A DNA stretch of 64,000 nt from Octopus sinensis (lineage: Eukaryota): contig NC_042998.1 of NCBI RefSeq assembly GCF_006345805.1, positions 25,482,001 through 25,546,000 of the forward strand, in the 5' to 3' direction. Under the pieces are notes generated by a model. That model did not search any database. It saw only the letters and a list, made by a program, of their open reading frames with translations, and was not told the origin of the DNA. A program made the position numbers and the translations under genes. Positions 1 through 12,235 of this stretch are shown one piece after another; positions within the stretch are counted from its first letter, which is position 1, and every line of letters starts with the position of its first letter.

Positions 1-548
1 GTAATAAAATTCAGAAATATTATTCTTATATGCATATATTCCACAGATTTTATATTGAATAACTGTTTTTAAAGAAACTATCTTAGATAGGTTCTTCAGA
101 AGACTGTAGATAATTAAAATAAATAAAAATATTGCTTTGATTTACTCAATCTATAATTCCATAAAAGAAAATACGATTTGCTAAATGACAATTAGAAATA
201 TTTCCCAAGAGATGGAGAACATTTAAATTATTTGAAATACCATTTATAATGTCACAAGGGACATTTCCTTCAAATTTTCTTTTTCATATCATGGTTTCTC
301 TTATTAATGTTGAACTATATTGAGCTCATTTAAATTCTGTTTCTGTTTCACATATGAATTGAAGATTAATTTTGAAGAAAACGGTTGTATTCGTTATCAG
401 ACTATCACCAGCAGATTTTCACAGCAAACTTTGGGAGAGATGAAATGTTCCTGGTTTAACCCTGAACTTTAACTCACAGCCTTGCAAGATATTTTCATGA
501 AGTTCACTTAAATCCATTGGCAAATGAAAAATCCAATACTTCTGTCAT

Positions 549-968
549 TCTTTTACTCTTTTACTTGTTTCAGTCATTTTGACTGTAGCCATGCTGGAGC
601 ACTGCCTTTAGTTGAAAAAATCGACCCCAGGACTTATTCTTTGTAAGACTAATACTTTATTCTATCAGTCATTTTTGCCGAACTGCTAAGTTACAGGGGA
701 CGTAAACACACCACCATCGGTTGTCAAGTGATGTTGGTGGGACAAACACAAACACATAAACACATACACACACATACATATACATATACATATACATATA
801 TACGACAGGCTTCTTTCAGTTTCCGTCTACCAAATCCACTCACAAGGCTTTGGTCAGCCCGATGCTATAGCAGAAGACACTTGCCCAAAGTGCCACGCAG
901 TAGGAATGAACCCGGAACCATGTGGTTGGTAAGCAAGCTACTTACCACACAGCCACTCCTGCGCCTAT
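549..968 (-). mobile_element. SINE family B, full length (tRNA-like head, CORE-like segment, central (TA/TG)n, AGTAAAAG tail)
   Basis: Reverse complement reads GGCGCAGGAGTGGCTGTGTGGTAAG...GGTTCATTCC...GGCACTTTGGGCAAGTGTCTTC...CAGTCAAAATGACTGAAACAAGTAAAAAGAG. More than 12 homologous copies in the window. Confidence 0.85.
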
Positions 969-1456
969 GGGTCATGGGTACAAAAAAAAAAAATTAATTC
1001 TAATTATTTTCCTTTTTCTTTTTTCTATAAATAATTAATATCTTTACATTCGTTGTCCATAAAACATTTTTTTTTCCTTCATTTGCATTCAGATTTGATA
1101 AGTATCATTCAAAACATATTGATTCTTAGAGTAAGTTTTAATACTTTCATTTATTGCTCAATGAATATCCAATTCCTACTTATATAACATCATACATATT
1201 CCAGCTGATAAGGCTTTAAAACAACCATCTGTTTCTTGCATCATCCATTAATAATATCTTTTGTTCTTCTGTTTTTATAAAAGAATTATAATAAATTATT
1301 TGATGTAAGATGACAGAATGACTCTTTGCCATTCTAATTATTCTATCAACACAATAGTATTCTTGACAGAAGAGAGGAAAACATAGAACTGTGATTTTTA
1401 GTGGTCTCATCATGATTTGTCTATTTTAACCTTCACTCTTGGTAGGGATTGCTATA

Positions 1457-1679
1457 GGCGAGCTGGCAGAAACGTTAGCACACCAGGCGAAATGTGTAGC
1501 CGTATTTCGTCTGCCATTACGTTCTGAGTTCAAATTCCGCCGAGGTCGACTTTGCCTTTCATCCTTTCAGGGTCGATAAATTAAGTACCAGTTTCGCACT
1601 GGGGTCGATATAATCGACTTAATACTTTGTCCTTGTTTGTCCCCTCTATGTTTAGCCCCTTGTGGGTAATAAAGAAGTA
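1457..1679 (+). mobile_element. SINE family A, full-length monomer
   Basis: GGCGAGCTGGCAGAAACGTTAGC (A-box-like), GAGTTCAAATTCC (B-box-like), central GTCGACTTTGCCTTTCATCCTTTC..GGTCGATAAATTAAGTACCAG, tail TAAAGAA. Confidence 0.85.
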
Positions 1680-1796
1680 TATAAAAGAAATTATTAGCTA
1701 TTTAGCCCAAGGTTGATTGTAATTAAGTATACTGAGGTCTAACCATGAATGTTACACTTTATTTTCAAATAATACATCAAGAACAACTATCTAAAG

Positions 1797-2053
1797 CAGT
1801 AGTTCCCAAACTTTTTCAGGCTACCACTCCCCTTGGTACCCAGGCCACATTCCTAACGCCCCCTCACCCTCCCCACTACAAATATAGACCACTTTCTAAA
1901 CAACTGTATTTCACAAATAAAACTTAAGCCTAATTAACCTATTAATATTTTTTGTTTTTACATCTATCACCCCATTTTGACCACCCCGTTATCATCCCAC
2001 TTTTCCTCAACACACACCTGGATCTTTTCATCAACCCCGAGAGGGAACCACCG
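1797..2053. mobile_element. hAT (Charlie-like) MITE
   Basis: Termini CAGTAGTTCCC...GGGAACCACCG, flanked by a perfect 8-bp direct repeat ATCTAAAG (1789-1796 and 2054-2061). Confidence 0.8.
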
Positions 2054-2390
2054 ATCTAAAGTGTGTCCCCTTTTTTCCTAAGATGGCAGTAATACAATGA
2101 GTTAAGAAAGCAGCGAACTAGCAGAGTTCTTAGCAGCATTTTACCTGTCTTTACATCCTGAGTTCAAATTCCACCAAAAAAAATTTGTACTTATTTAATC
2201 GATCCTGAAAGGATGAAAGGCAAAGCCGACCTCGGCAGAATTTGAACTCAGAACGTAATGGCAGATGAAATACCACTAAGCATTTCATTTGGTGCTGTGA
2301 TGTACTGAGGGTGTGATAGGTGAACCACAATAAAGTGAGTGATTACTGAATATATATGTATGTATATATATATATATATATATGACTGTG

Positions 2391-2590
2391 TGTGTACCGT
2401 TGGCGATTTTTTTTCCTCTGTCTTTCCTTCTCTGGATCTTTCCTTTCTCCTATGTTTCCGACGAAGAGCTCCACTCAAAACGTTGAACCCTCCTTCTTTC
2501 CCTCTTTCCTGAGCGTCCAATAATACTATATTTGTTCCACATCCTCGCGTTGTTGTGTTTTTTTGTGCTTTCTTGTTTGGATTAACTATA
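2391..2590 (+). mobile_element. Penelope-type non-autonomous terminal fragment with decayed hammerhead motif
   Basis: GTTT-CCGACGA-AGAGCTCCACTC-AAAA-CGTTG-AAC at 2454-2488; homologous to 3470-3670; embedded in (TA)n. Confidence 0.55.
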
Positions 2591-2723
2591 TATGTATATA
2601 TGTATGTAAGTATATATATATATATGAATGTATATACATATATATATATATATATATATGATATATATACAAATGTATATATATATATATACACATGTAT
2701 ATATATATATATATACACATGTA

Positions 2724-2759
<36 letters not shown>

Positions 2760-2766
2760 TGTATGT
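2590..2766. repeat. Compound (TA)n/(TATG)n microsatellite
   Basis: Direct reading. Confidence 0.95.
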
Positions 2767-3247
2767 ATGGACAACATGCTGCTAATCATGCTGTTAGTCA
2801 TTTTGTCTGGCATGCTAATGGTTTTGTCACCTCTCTGAAGAAAATATAAAACTGTAATTTAATCCAGATAAATATTTTAAAATTCTATTGTTTCAGCTCC
2901 AATTCTTACAGTAAACCATAATAACTCATATAATCTATTATTCTCAAAAATTCTTTCTTTCCAAAATGAATATTTCAGCAAAACTCTTTGAGTTCATAAA
3001 CTGAGCTACCATAATTTTCCCATAATTCTCCACATTGCTAAGAACAAATTATAACAAAACTTGTAGGATAATTGGATTTTTGAAAGAAAAAAAATGCATT
3101 TCTTCTAGGGCTCATTAGAAATTAATTAAATAAGAAAGGTTGATGGTATATATTTAATTTCAGCAAATAACTATGGAGCAGGTACACCATATATTTTTCC
3201 TGTTTATTTCCACTTACTACAGTATGGAACCTTTCAAATTCTTTCAG

Positions 3248-3460
3248 TCTTTTACTTGTTTCAGTCATTTGACTGTGGCTATGCTGGAGCACCACCTTTA
3301 GTCGAACTAATTGACTCCAGGACTTATTTTTGTATGTCTAGAACTTATTCGATCAGTCTCTTTTGCTGAACCAGTAAGTTACGGGGATGTAAACACACCA
3401 ACATTAGTAATCAAGTGATGGTGGGAGAAAAACGCAGACACACACACACAAATATATATG
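3248..3460 (-). mobile_element. SINE family B, 3' half
   Basis: Homology to 549-968. Confidence 0.8.
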
Positions 3461-3469
3461 CATAACTAC

Positions 3470-3670
3470 ATGAGAATTGTTGGTGCTTTTTCCCCCCAGC
3501 TTCCTCTTCTCTTGGACTTTCCCTGTCTCCTGTTTCTGAAGAATAACTTTGCTCGAAATATAAAGCCACCTTTCTTTCCTTCCCTGAGCATCTTTTAATA
3601 CTTTGCATGTGTCACGTACTCACATTGTTGCTTTTTCTCATTGTGTTTTTTCTCTGATTTTTGGGATTAT
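3470..3670 (+). mobile_element. Penelope-type terminal fragment, second copy, with decayed hammerhead motif
   Basis: GTTT-CTGAAGA-ATAACTTTGCTC-GAAA-TATAAAGCC at 3532-3566; aligns with 2391-2590. Confidence 0.5.
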
Positions 3671-3685
3671 ATATATAAGTAAATA

Positions 3686-3898
3686 AAGGCAACGAGCAGG
3701 CAGAAACATTAGCACACCGGGCAAAATGCTTAGTGGTATTTCGTCTATCTTTACATTCTGAGTTCAAATTCCACTGAGGTCGACTTTGCCTTTCATCCTT
3801 TCAAGGTCGATAAATTAAATACCAGTTGTGTACTGAGGTCTATCTAATCACTGGCCTCCTCCCCCCAAATTCCGGGCCTTGTGCCTAAAGTAGAAAAG
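3686..3898 (+). mobile_element. SINE A' (family A head and body, alternative tail GGCCTTGTGCCTARAGTAGAAAAG)
   Basis: Homology to 1457-1679 up to the ACTGRGGTCGAT hairpin, then a different tail shared with 34571-35385. Confidence 0.8.
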
Positions 3899-3915
3899 TA
3901 CATATATACATATAT

Positions 3916-4728
3916 CATCATCATCATCATTTAACGTCCGCTTTCCATGCTAGCATGGGTTGGATGGTTCAACTGGGGTCTGGGGAGCCCGAAAGCTGCA
4001 CCAGTCCAGTCAGATCTGGCAGTGTTTCTACAGCTGGATGCCCTTCCTAACGCCAACCACTCCGAGAGTGTAGTGGGTGATTTTATGTGCCACCGACACA
4101 GGTGCCAGACGAGGCTGGCAAACGGCCACGCTCGGATGGTTTTTTTATGTGCCACCGACACAGGTGCCAGACGAGGCTGGCAGACGGCCACGCTCGGATG
4201 GTGTTTTTATGTGCCACTGACACAGGTGCCAGATGAGGCTGGCAAACGGCCACGATCGGATGGTGCTGTTACGTGCCCACAGCACGAGGCCAGTCGATGC
4301 GGTACTGGCTACGGCCACGTTCGGATGGTTTTCTTGTGTGCCACCGGCACTGGTACCGCAAAGATACAATTCCATTGATGTTCATCTATTTTGATTTGTT
4401 TTGATTTTCACTTGCCTCAACAGGTCTTCACAAGTGTCACAAGAAGGAAGGTATGCACAGGTGGACTGACTACGTCCCAGGTAGGGGCCATGGGTTATGG
4501 CCCGACTAGTCTTGCCGGGTCTTCGGATGGTGTTTTTATGTGCCACCGACACAGGTGCTAGATGAGGCTGGCGAACGGCCACGATCGGATGGTGTGTTTG
4601 TCATGTGCCCCAGCACGGAGGCCAGTCGATGCGGTACTGGCTACGGCTACTTTCGGATGGTTTTCTCTTGTGTGCCACCGGCACTGGTACCACAAAGATA
4701 CAAATTCCATTGATGTTCATCTATTTTG
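3916..4728 (-). mobile_element. RTE LINE 3' end (family D): last ORF2 codons, full 3' UTR with ~63-nt repeats and (GAT)n tail, plus a second partial copy
   Basis: Minus strand at ~4525-4505 reads GAAGACCCGGCAAGACTAG, matching the ORF2 end (KTRQD*) seen at 23.9 kb. It is followed by the UTR, the GGAGTGGTTGGCGTTAGGAAGGGCATCCAGCTGTAGAAAC motif and CCATGCTAGCATGGAAAGCGGACGTTAAATGATGATG. Confidence 0.75.
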
Positions 4729-4729
4729 A

Positions 4730-4891
4730 GGGCTTCTTTCAATTTCTGTCTACCAAATCCACTCACAGGGCTTTGGTCAGCCCAAGGTTACAGTAGAAGA
4801 CACTTGTGCAAGGTGCCACCCAATGGGATTGAACCCAGAACCATGTGGTTGGTAAGCAAGCTACTTATCACACAGCCACTCCAGTGCCTAT
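4730..4891 (-). mobile_element. SINE family B, 5' half
   Basis: Homology to the head of 549-968. Confidence 0.8.
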
Positions 4892-5401
4892 TATATTTTT
4901 AGTAAATAGAGTTTTAATAGAATCAATGTTCACTCATTTTGAAGAAGGCTAGAAAAATAATCATCATTGTTACTGCTATTTCTAATAACATCCATACATT
5001 TATAATAACAATGATGCATAATATTCGTTAATTCACAGTGCTAATTAGAGAGCATTTTAATCTGTTAAGCTAAGTATTAAGATTGTAACAGAATAATTAT
5101 AGTTTTTGTATCTTTTACATTATCATAAATTGTTTAAGGATTGGAAGATAATATTTATCTCCATATTCTAACAAATTTTGTAAATAATCTAAACAAAATT
5201 ATTTAATAAACCCAATGTGATGTAGAAGTATGCATACAAGCATTTCCCTGTCAGACATTTTTATCACTTGATGACAGGAATGCAAGCTAATTTAACCTAC
5301 ATCTTTAAATTCCATTTATATTTACTTTTTTAAAATTTTCAGCAAGAATACTTACAAGAAATATTCACTGACTTTATATATACACATGCATACATAACTA
5401 C

Positions 5402-5767
5402 TTATGCATATACACATACATAAAACCACATATATATACATATACAGTCATATATATATTATATATATATATACACACACACATATACATACACACAAAT
5501 ACTTATGCGTATGCACATACATAAAACCACATATATATACATATACAGTCATATATATATATTATATATATACACACATGCATATACATACACACAAATA
5601 CTTATGGGTATGCACATACATAAAACCACATATATATACATATATAGTCATATATATATTATATATATATACACACACACATATACATACACACAAATAC
5701 TTATGCGTATGCACATACATAAAACCACATATATATACATATGCAGTCATATATATATTATATATAT
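5402..5767. repeat. ~100-bp tandem minisatellite, ~3.7 copies, built on TA/CA microsatellite
   Basis: Unit starts TTATG at 5402, 5503, 5602 and 5701; each unit carries CATAAAACCACATATATATACAT. Confidence 0.9.
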
Positions 5768-5999
5768 ATTTCTTTACTACCCACAAGGGGCTAAACACAG
5801 AGGGGACAAACAAGGACAGACAAATGGATTAAGTCGATTACATCGACCTCAGTGCGTAACTGGTACTTAATTTATCGATCCCGAAAGGATGAAAGGTAAA
5901 GTCGACCTCGGCGGAATTTGAACTTGGAATGTAACGGCAGACGAAATATGGCTACGCATTTCGCCCGGCGTGCTAACGTTTCTGCCAGCTCGCCGCCTT
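5768..5999 (-). mobile_element. SINE family A, full length
   Basis: Reverse-complement homology to 1457-1679. Confidence 0.85.
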
Positions 6000-6715
6000 A
6001 TACATATACACACACACATATACATACACACACATATACATTCACACACATATATACACACACACATATACATACAGACACATACATGCGTGCACACAAA
6101 TATAATTATATTTGTATACATAGTAATTAATTATATTCTTGTTTAGTAGGAAGCCATCATGTTGCCGAGTTTACAGCTGAAAGAGAAATGCTTTGTGTAA
6201 TTGACTACTGTATTGCTACAAGGGACATTTAAATTAGAAGTTCTTTGCACTTATTCACTCATTTTGCAATCTTTAGTGACTCTTTGCATTGCTCTCTTGT
6301 TATTCTACATTTATACATTATTTATATCAGCTTACAATGCATGAATATTTGTATGTGGTGGTGAAATCACAATAAATCAATTCCGTTCATATATACAGCT
6401 GTCCAACATTCTACATTTAGTTTCATGATGGCATTGATGTGTATTTTCAGAACAGTTTTCATTGTACTAAATCATGCATTTCTGATTAATCTAACATATA
6501 ACCAAAATAAATATCTCTCATGATAAAAATCAATATTGAAATGGTTGCCATATTTCTGAATTGATTTCTGTTTCTTTTTAAATAATGAGAATTTTGTTAG
6601 TTGAAAAATCGTTTCAGAACAGCAAGCAACAAAGTTCATTCTCTTGGTTAACTTACTTATTCTCAAAGGTGGAGCAAAATAATTTATGATATCTATCAGT
6701 TTTTATTCTTCTTTT

Positions 6716-6746
<31 letters not shown>

Positions 6747-7490
6747 TTATTATCATTATTATTATTTTTTTTTTTTGAAAAAATTTTAAAACCATTTTTT
6801 TTGTACATCTGTCAAATCTAGGTTCCAATTACTAACATCTCCAGACATTCTCTAGCATCATTCTTTTAGTTCTTTATCATACCAAATATTTATTTTCAGA
6901 TAAGTAATACTGTTTACCACACTTTGTAATAACCTATGATATTCATTCAAAAATAACAAGTAACTAAAACTGAAGCAGTTCATTAAATATTTGCCATTCA
7001 AATTGTGACACAAATGGCACAAAAGAACCAGATTTATTAGAGTAAAGCAAATAGAGTATTACTTCTCCAGAACATTTTTATCAAAATTTACACCAATGTT
7101 AGCTATACATAAATTCCAGCAAAAAAGCAAAAAATACATCATTTTATATCTTTTAATTGTCCAAATGCATTTATGTATAAATGTATGTAAGTGTGGAAGT
7201 GTGTGAGAGAATGTAGAATTAGAAAAACAATAAATATCACTTATTTAATGACTTTGCCATGGGAGAATGGAACGAAAGTATCTCAAGTGCAGTACCATTG
7301 CCTTGTGTCCTATTTTTCGACTTCAATAGATAAGTAGTTTAAGCAAAATAAATGTTATTCTTATCAAGAACTCGTACAAACAAATAAGACTTCATACATA
7401 GGGACAACAAACAGATCTAATTCCAGTTAAACAGTATCTAGAATATCTATTCCCTGTTGTTTTAGAATATTTCCTTTAAGAGATTTGTAG

Positions 7491-7521
<31 letters not shown>

Positions 7522-7910
7522 TATCATCATCATTATTTAGCATCCGTTGTCCTTGCTGGTATGGGTTGGACGGTTTGCCCAGCTCTGGCAAGCTGGTAGA
7601 CTGTACCAGACTCAAGTCATTTTTGGCATGGTTTTTACGGCTGGATGCCCTTCCTAACACCCAACCACTTGGAGAATGTAATGAGTGCTATTACGTACCA
7701 TTTGACTAAAACCGGTATCTGCCATGACTACGGTTTTGCTTGGCACGATGGCTTTTCTTCTCAAGCACAGTATAATGCCAAATGGTTTCATTCAGTCATT
7801 GCCTCCATGAGGCACAATTCTCGAAAGACACTTTTATGTTCCACCGGCACAGTTGCCATTTGCATGACACCAGTATCTGCCATATGTAAAAGTCAACTGC
7901 CATACAGCAA
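7491..7910 (-). mobile_element. Family D (RTE 3' UTR), diverged
   Basis: (CAT)n tail plus the GGATGCCCTTCCTAACACCCAACCAC motif. Confidence 0.7.
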
Positions 7911-8149
7911 GGTACTTCTTGTCAAGGTGCTTCTTGTCAAGGTACATTTTATCAAGGTACTTCTTGTACAACTGGGCTTAATTGTTCATCAGCCATCTTT
8001 TCACATCATTATTCTATACTGGCACAAGTTGAATAGATTGCCACAGTTTGAATCTGTTCTTATATGGAAGTTACTGATTTCCTGGACAAGTCAGGAGATA
8101 TCTTCTGTGTAAATTCCATTCCATCTATTCCAAATTTAAAACCCTTCTG

Positions 8150-9615
8150 CTGTTAGATATCACTGTATCACAGAATCTCCAGACTAATGGATGTTGTTCT
8201 ACATCGCTAGTCACAATGCACTTGGCATTGTTTCATTTTTTTTGAATGACAGCATTTCACAGACTAAGAGAGCAGACTAACATTCTCTCCAAAGGCTGTT
8301 CCAACACAGGGTCACCCACTGACAGTTAAGTGAATTGGAACAACTTGAAATGAAGTGTTTTACTCAAGACAACAATGTATAGCCTCGTCCAGGAATCAAA
8401 TCTATGACAAGGTGGCGAGCTGGCAGAAACGTTAGCACGCCGGGCGAAATGCTTAGCGGTATTTCGTCTGCCGTTACGTTCTGAGTTCAAATTCCGCCGA
8501 GGTCGACTTTGCCTTTCATCCTTTCGGGGTCGATAAATTAAGTACCAGTTACGCACTGGGGTCGATGTAATCGACTTAATACCTATGTCTGTCCTTGTTT
8601 GTCCCCTCTGTGTTTAGCTCCTTGTGGGTAATAAAGAAATAGGTATATCGTCTGCCAATACATTCTGAGTTCACATTCCGCCGAGGTCCACTTTGCTTTT
8701 CATCCTTTGGGGTCGATAAATTAAGTACCAGTTACGCACTGGGGTCGATGTAATCGACTTACTCCATTTGTTTGTCCTTGTTTGTCCCCTCTGTGTTTAG
8801 CCCCTTGTGGGTAGTAAAGAAATAGGTATTTCATCTGTCATTACATTCTGAGTTCAAATTCTGCTGAGGTCGACTTTGCCTTTCATCCTTTCGGGGTCAA
8901 TAAATTAAGTACCAGTTACGCACTGGGGTCGATGTAATCGACTTAATCCGTTTGTCTGTCCTTGTTTGTCCTCTCTGTGTTTAGCCCCTTGTGGGTAGTA
9001 AAGAAATAGGTATTTCATCTGTCATTACGTTCTGAGTTCAAATTCCGCCAAGGTCGACTTTGCCTTTCATCCTTTTGGGGTTGATAAATTATGTACCAGT
9101 TACGCACTGGGGTCGATGTAATCGACTTAATTCGTTTATCTGTCCTTGTTTGTTCCTTCTGTGTTTAGCCCCTTGTGGTTAGTAAAGAAATAGGTATTTT
9201 GTCTGCCATTATATTCTGAGTTCAAATTCCACCGAGGTCGACTTTGCCTTTCATCCTTTCAGGGTCGATAAATTTAGTACCAGTTACGCACTGGGTCGAC
9301 GTAATCAACTTAATCCGTTTATCTGTCCTTGTTTGTTCTCTCTGTGTTCAGCCGCTTGTGGGTAGTAAAGAAATAGGTATTTCATCTGTCATTACGTTCT
9401 GAGTTCAAATTCTGGTGAGGTCGACTTTGCCTTTCATCCTTTCGGGGTCGATAAATTAAGTACCAGTTACATGCTGGGGTCGATGTAATCAACTTAATTC
9501 GTTTATCTGTCCTTGTTTGTCCTCTCTATGTTTAGCCCCTTGTGGGTAGTAAAGAAATAAAATCTATGATTTAGCAATCATGACTGCAGTGCCTAAACCA
9601 CAAGGCTCCATGCTA
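8150..9615 (-). mobile_element. SINE family E, split by the SINE-A array
   Basis: 8150-8407 and 9560-9615 join into ...CAGGAATCAAATCTATGATTTAGCAATCATGA..CCTAAACCAC, matching E copies at 34240 and 53750. Confidence 0.6.
8408..9559 (+). mobile_element. Tandem array of six SINE-A units (one full length, five ~183-bp 5'-truncated) with 10-bp TSD
   Basis: Units start at 8408, 8642, 8825, 9009, 9193 and 9376; junction AAAGAAATA|GGTAT; flanks AAATCTATGA at 8398-8407 and 9560-9569. Confidence 0.9.
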
Positions 9616-10090
9616 TCATGCTTTTAAATTTACTGCTATGAAATTATAGTATCAATATTTTCCATGCTATTATAAGCACCATGGAAGCTAGGTCAACAAA
9701 ATTGACTTCCAGGACTATTTTCAGGTTTTTTGATACAGGTGAAGGCTAGAAGTTATTATCAGAGCAAAGCCTTAGCTTGGCTCAGATGCATACAAGATAA
9801 TGTACTCTGCTAAAGGTACCCAACAGTCAGGTGCTTGCATCAAACTGAGCGATGGAAGATGTTGACCATTCAAAATCAAGAACAGCCTCTTCAACAGGTT
9901 TAGTTTCTGACAACCAAATTTCATTCACAAAGTTTTAGTTGACCTGAAATGATGGTTGAAGATACTTGCCCAAGGTTCTACACAGTGAAATTAAAGTTTT
10001 AGCATTTAAATTTCTCCCTCAAATGTAATACTTATTTATTTGCCTTGTTTTGAATTAATCATACATTATAGCTTTGAGATTTCAATGATA

Positions 10091-10456
10091 TAGGTGCAGG
10101 AGTGGCTGTGTGGTAAGTAGCTTGCTTTACCAACTACATGTTTCTGGGTTCAGTTTCACTGCATGGCACCTTGGGCAAGTGTCTTCTACTATAGCCTTGG
10201 GTCGACCAAAGCCTTGTGAGTGGATTTGGTAGACGGAAACTGAAAAGAAAACTGTTGTATATATGTATATGTATATAAATGTCTGTGTGTCTGTGTTTGT
10301 CCCCACCCCCTCAACATCGCTTGACAACCGAGACCGATAGAATAAGTACTAAGCTTACAAAGAATATGTCCTGGGGTCGATTTGCTCTACTAAATGTGGT
10401 GCTCCAGCATGGCCACAGTCAAATGACTGAAACAAGTAAAAGAATAGAAGAATAAG
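10091..10456 (+). mobile_element. SINE family B (small internal deletion)
   Basis: Homology to the B consensus of the window. Confidence 0.85.
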
Positions 10457-11499
10457 AAAATATGAATTTTTATTTTTAGAACGACATTGTAGAGCAGGTG
10501 TGAAAGACCATATCTGGCCAGTTTGAACATAAAACAGGTTGAATATTTGACCTGGATACGACCAGTTTAAATGCTAAAGGATTAAACTTCAAACCTTGCA
10601 GTTTCAAAGCAAGCTTCTTAGCCACACAGAAATACCTGGAGGCTGTAATTTAAGCCTACTTACATTGTTACAACAGCCATTGCAAAAAAGAAAAAAAATA
10701 TAACAATAATCTTGAGCACTAAAACACCCTTGAAACTTTCCCCAGTGATGTAAACTACTTTTTGTAAATAGTTCAACAGAAAACACTGACATTTGATATT
10801 TGTTTCAGGGTGTGTGTGGAATATATAAATAGTTTTCCATTGTATAATCTTAAATATGGTTAGATGCAATAGTACTTAACAAATGGATGTCCATTCTGGT
10901 GATAACTGTCTCATGAAGAACTCGTTCATTGTGAGTACAAGTAAAATATTGAATAAATACATGCAGCTTTGAATGTGAAAGTGATTCTTTGTAAAGGCCA
11001 GCATGCAAGAATATTTGCTATTTAAGGAATCATTGAATATATTGTTTAACTCAACAAGCTATTTCTTTATGGTGTTTCTGGTTGCTTTGACTGGCAAAAT
11101 GTCAATACATCTATATTCCTACAGAATAAAAAAAAAAAAGGTTTTCATTTCTCTCTAACTGTACCCTTCAATAATCATGCCAAATATTGGAAAGAACAAA
11201 TTTGTCTTTTTTTTTTTCATTGCCAAATAAATGACAGAATGTATAGTACAGAACAATACACCAGATTACCTTAGATGTCTCTCTTGCTTTCAATAACATC
11301 AAAGAAGCAAAACAAATAATTTTTTTTAGTAAAAGAGACTAATGTCATTAATATTTGCCCCTTCTTTTCACCTTCCATTCTGCCCCATTGCATCCTTATC
11401 AAAGAATATAATAAAGAGCATTTCAATTACTGAAACGGACTGCTTTTCAATTCACAAGTTTTCAGAGGATTATAGTTGAGATGTAGCATCTAGAAATAT

Positions 11500-11541
11500 A
11501 CATACATACATACATATATGTATACATAACACACACACACA

Positions 11542-11594
<53 letters not shown>

Positions 11595-11600
11595 TACATA
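11500..11600. repeat. (CA)n microsatellite
   Basis: Direct reading. Confidence 0.95.
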
Positions 11601-11924
11601 CAGTATGTTTTCTTATGTTTTGGAACTGATCATAGCAAAATACCAATTGCATAATAAGGGTTTGTGAACTGGTCTATATTATACCCAACACTAATGTCTG
11701 TTTTGAAAAAGCTAGCAGTGAAATATATTAAAGGTTTCTGCCTCATTGATTAAACAATGTAGAAATAATCTGAAAGATTATTTTATAAACAAATGCCAAT
11801 TTTTTTTTTTTATACTAAGAGCAAATACTTTCTGTTTGTATCTGCAACAAAAATCTCATTTGTAATCTTTCAAGCTGATTTTGCATCTATTTGCATTTAC
11901 CAAACGTCTACATACACAAATAAT

Positions 11925-12121
<197 letters not shown>

Positions 12122-12198
12122 CTATCTATCTACAAAATAAGAAAATGGAGGAATAGATTTTTTCAATCATCAACTTCCAGATAATACCAATTCTATAC

Positions 12199-12235
<37 letters not shown>

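Noticed and set aside
100-540. TGA-only stops suggesting a mitochondrial insertion (TGA = Trp)
   Set aside because: The read-through peptide resembles no mitochondrial protein that I recognise.
4080-4330. HDV-like ribozyme in the 63-nt D module (CAG-CCTCGT-CTG resembles P3/L3)
   Set aside because: I could not find consistent P1, P1.1, P2 and J4/2 elements by eye.
8408-9559. CRISPR-like regular repeat
   Set aside because: Head-to-tail ~183-bp units with no unique spacers, in a eukaryotic context with no cas genes.
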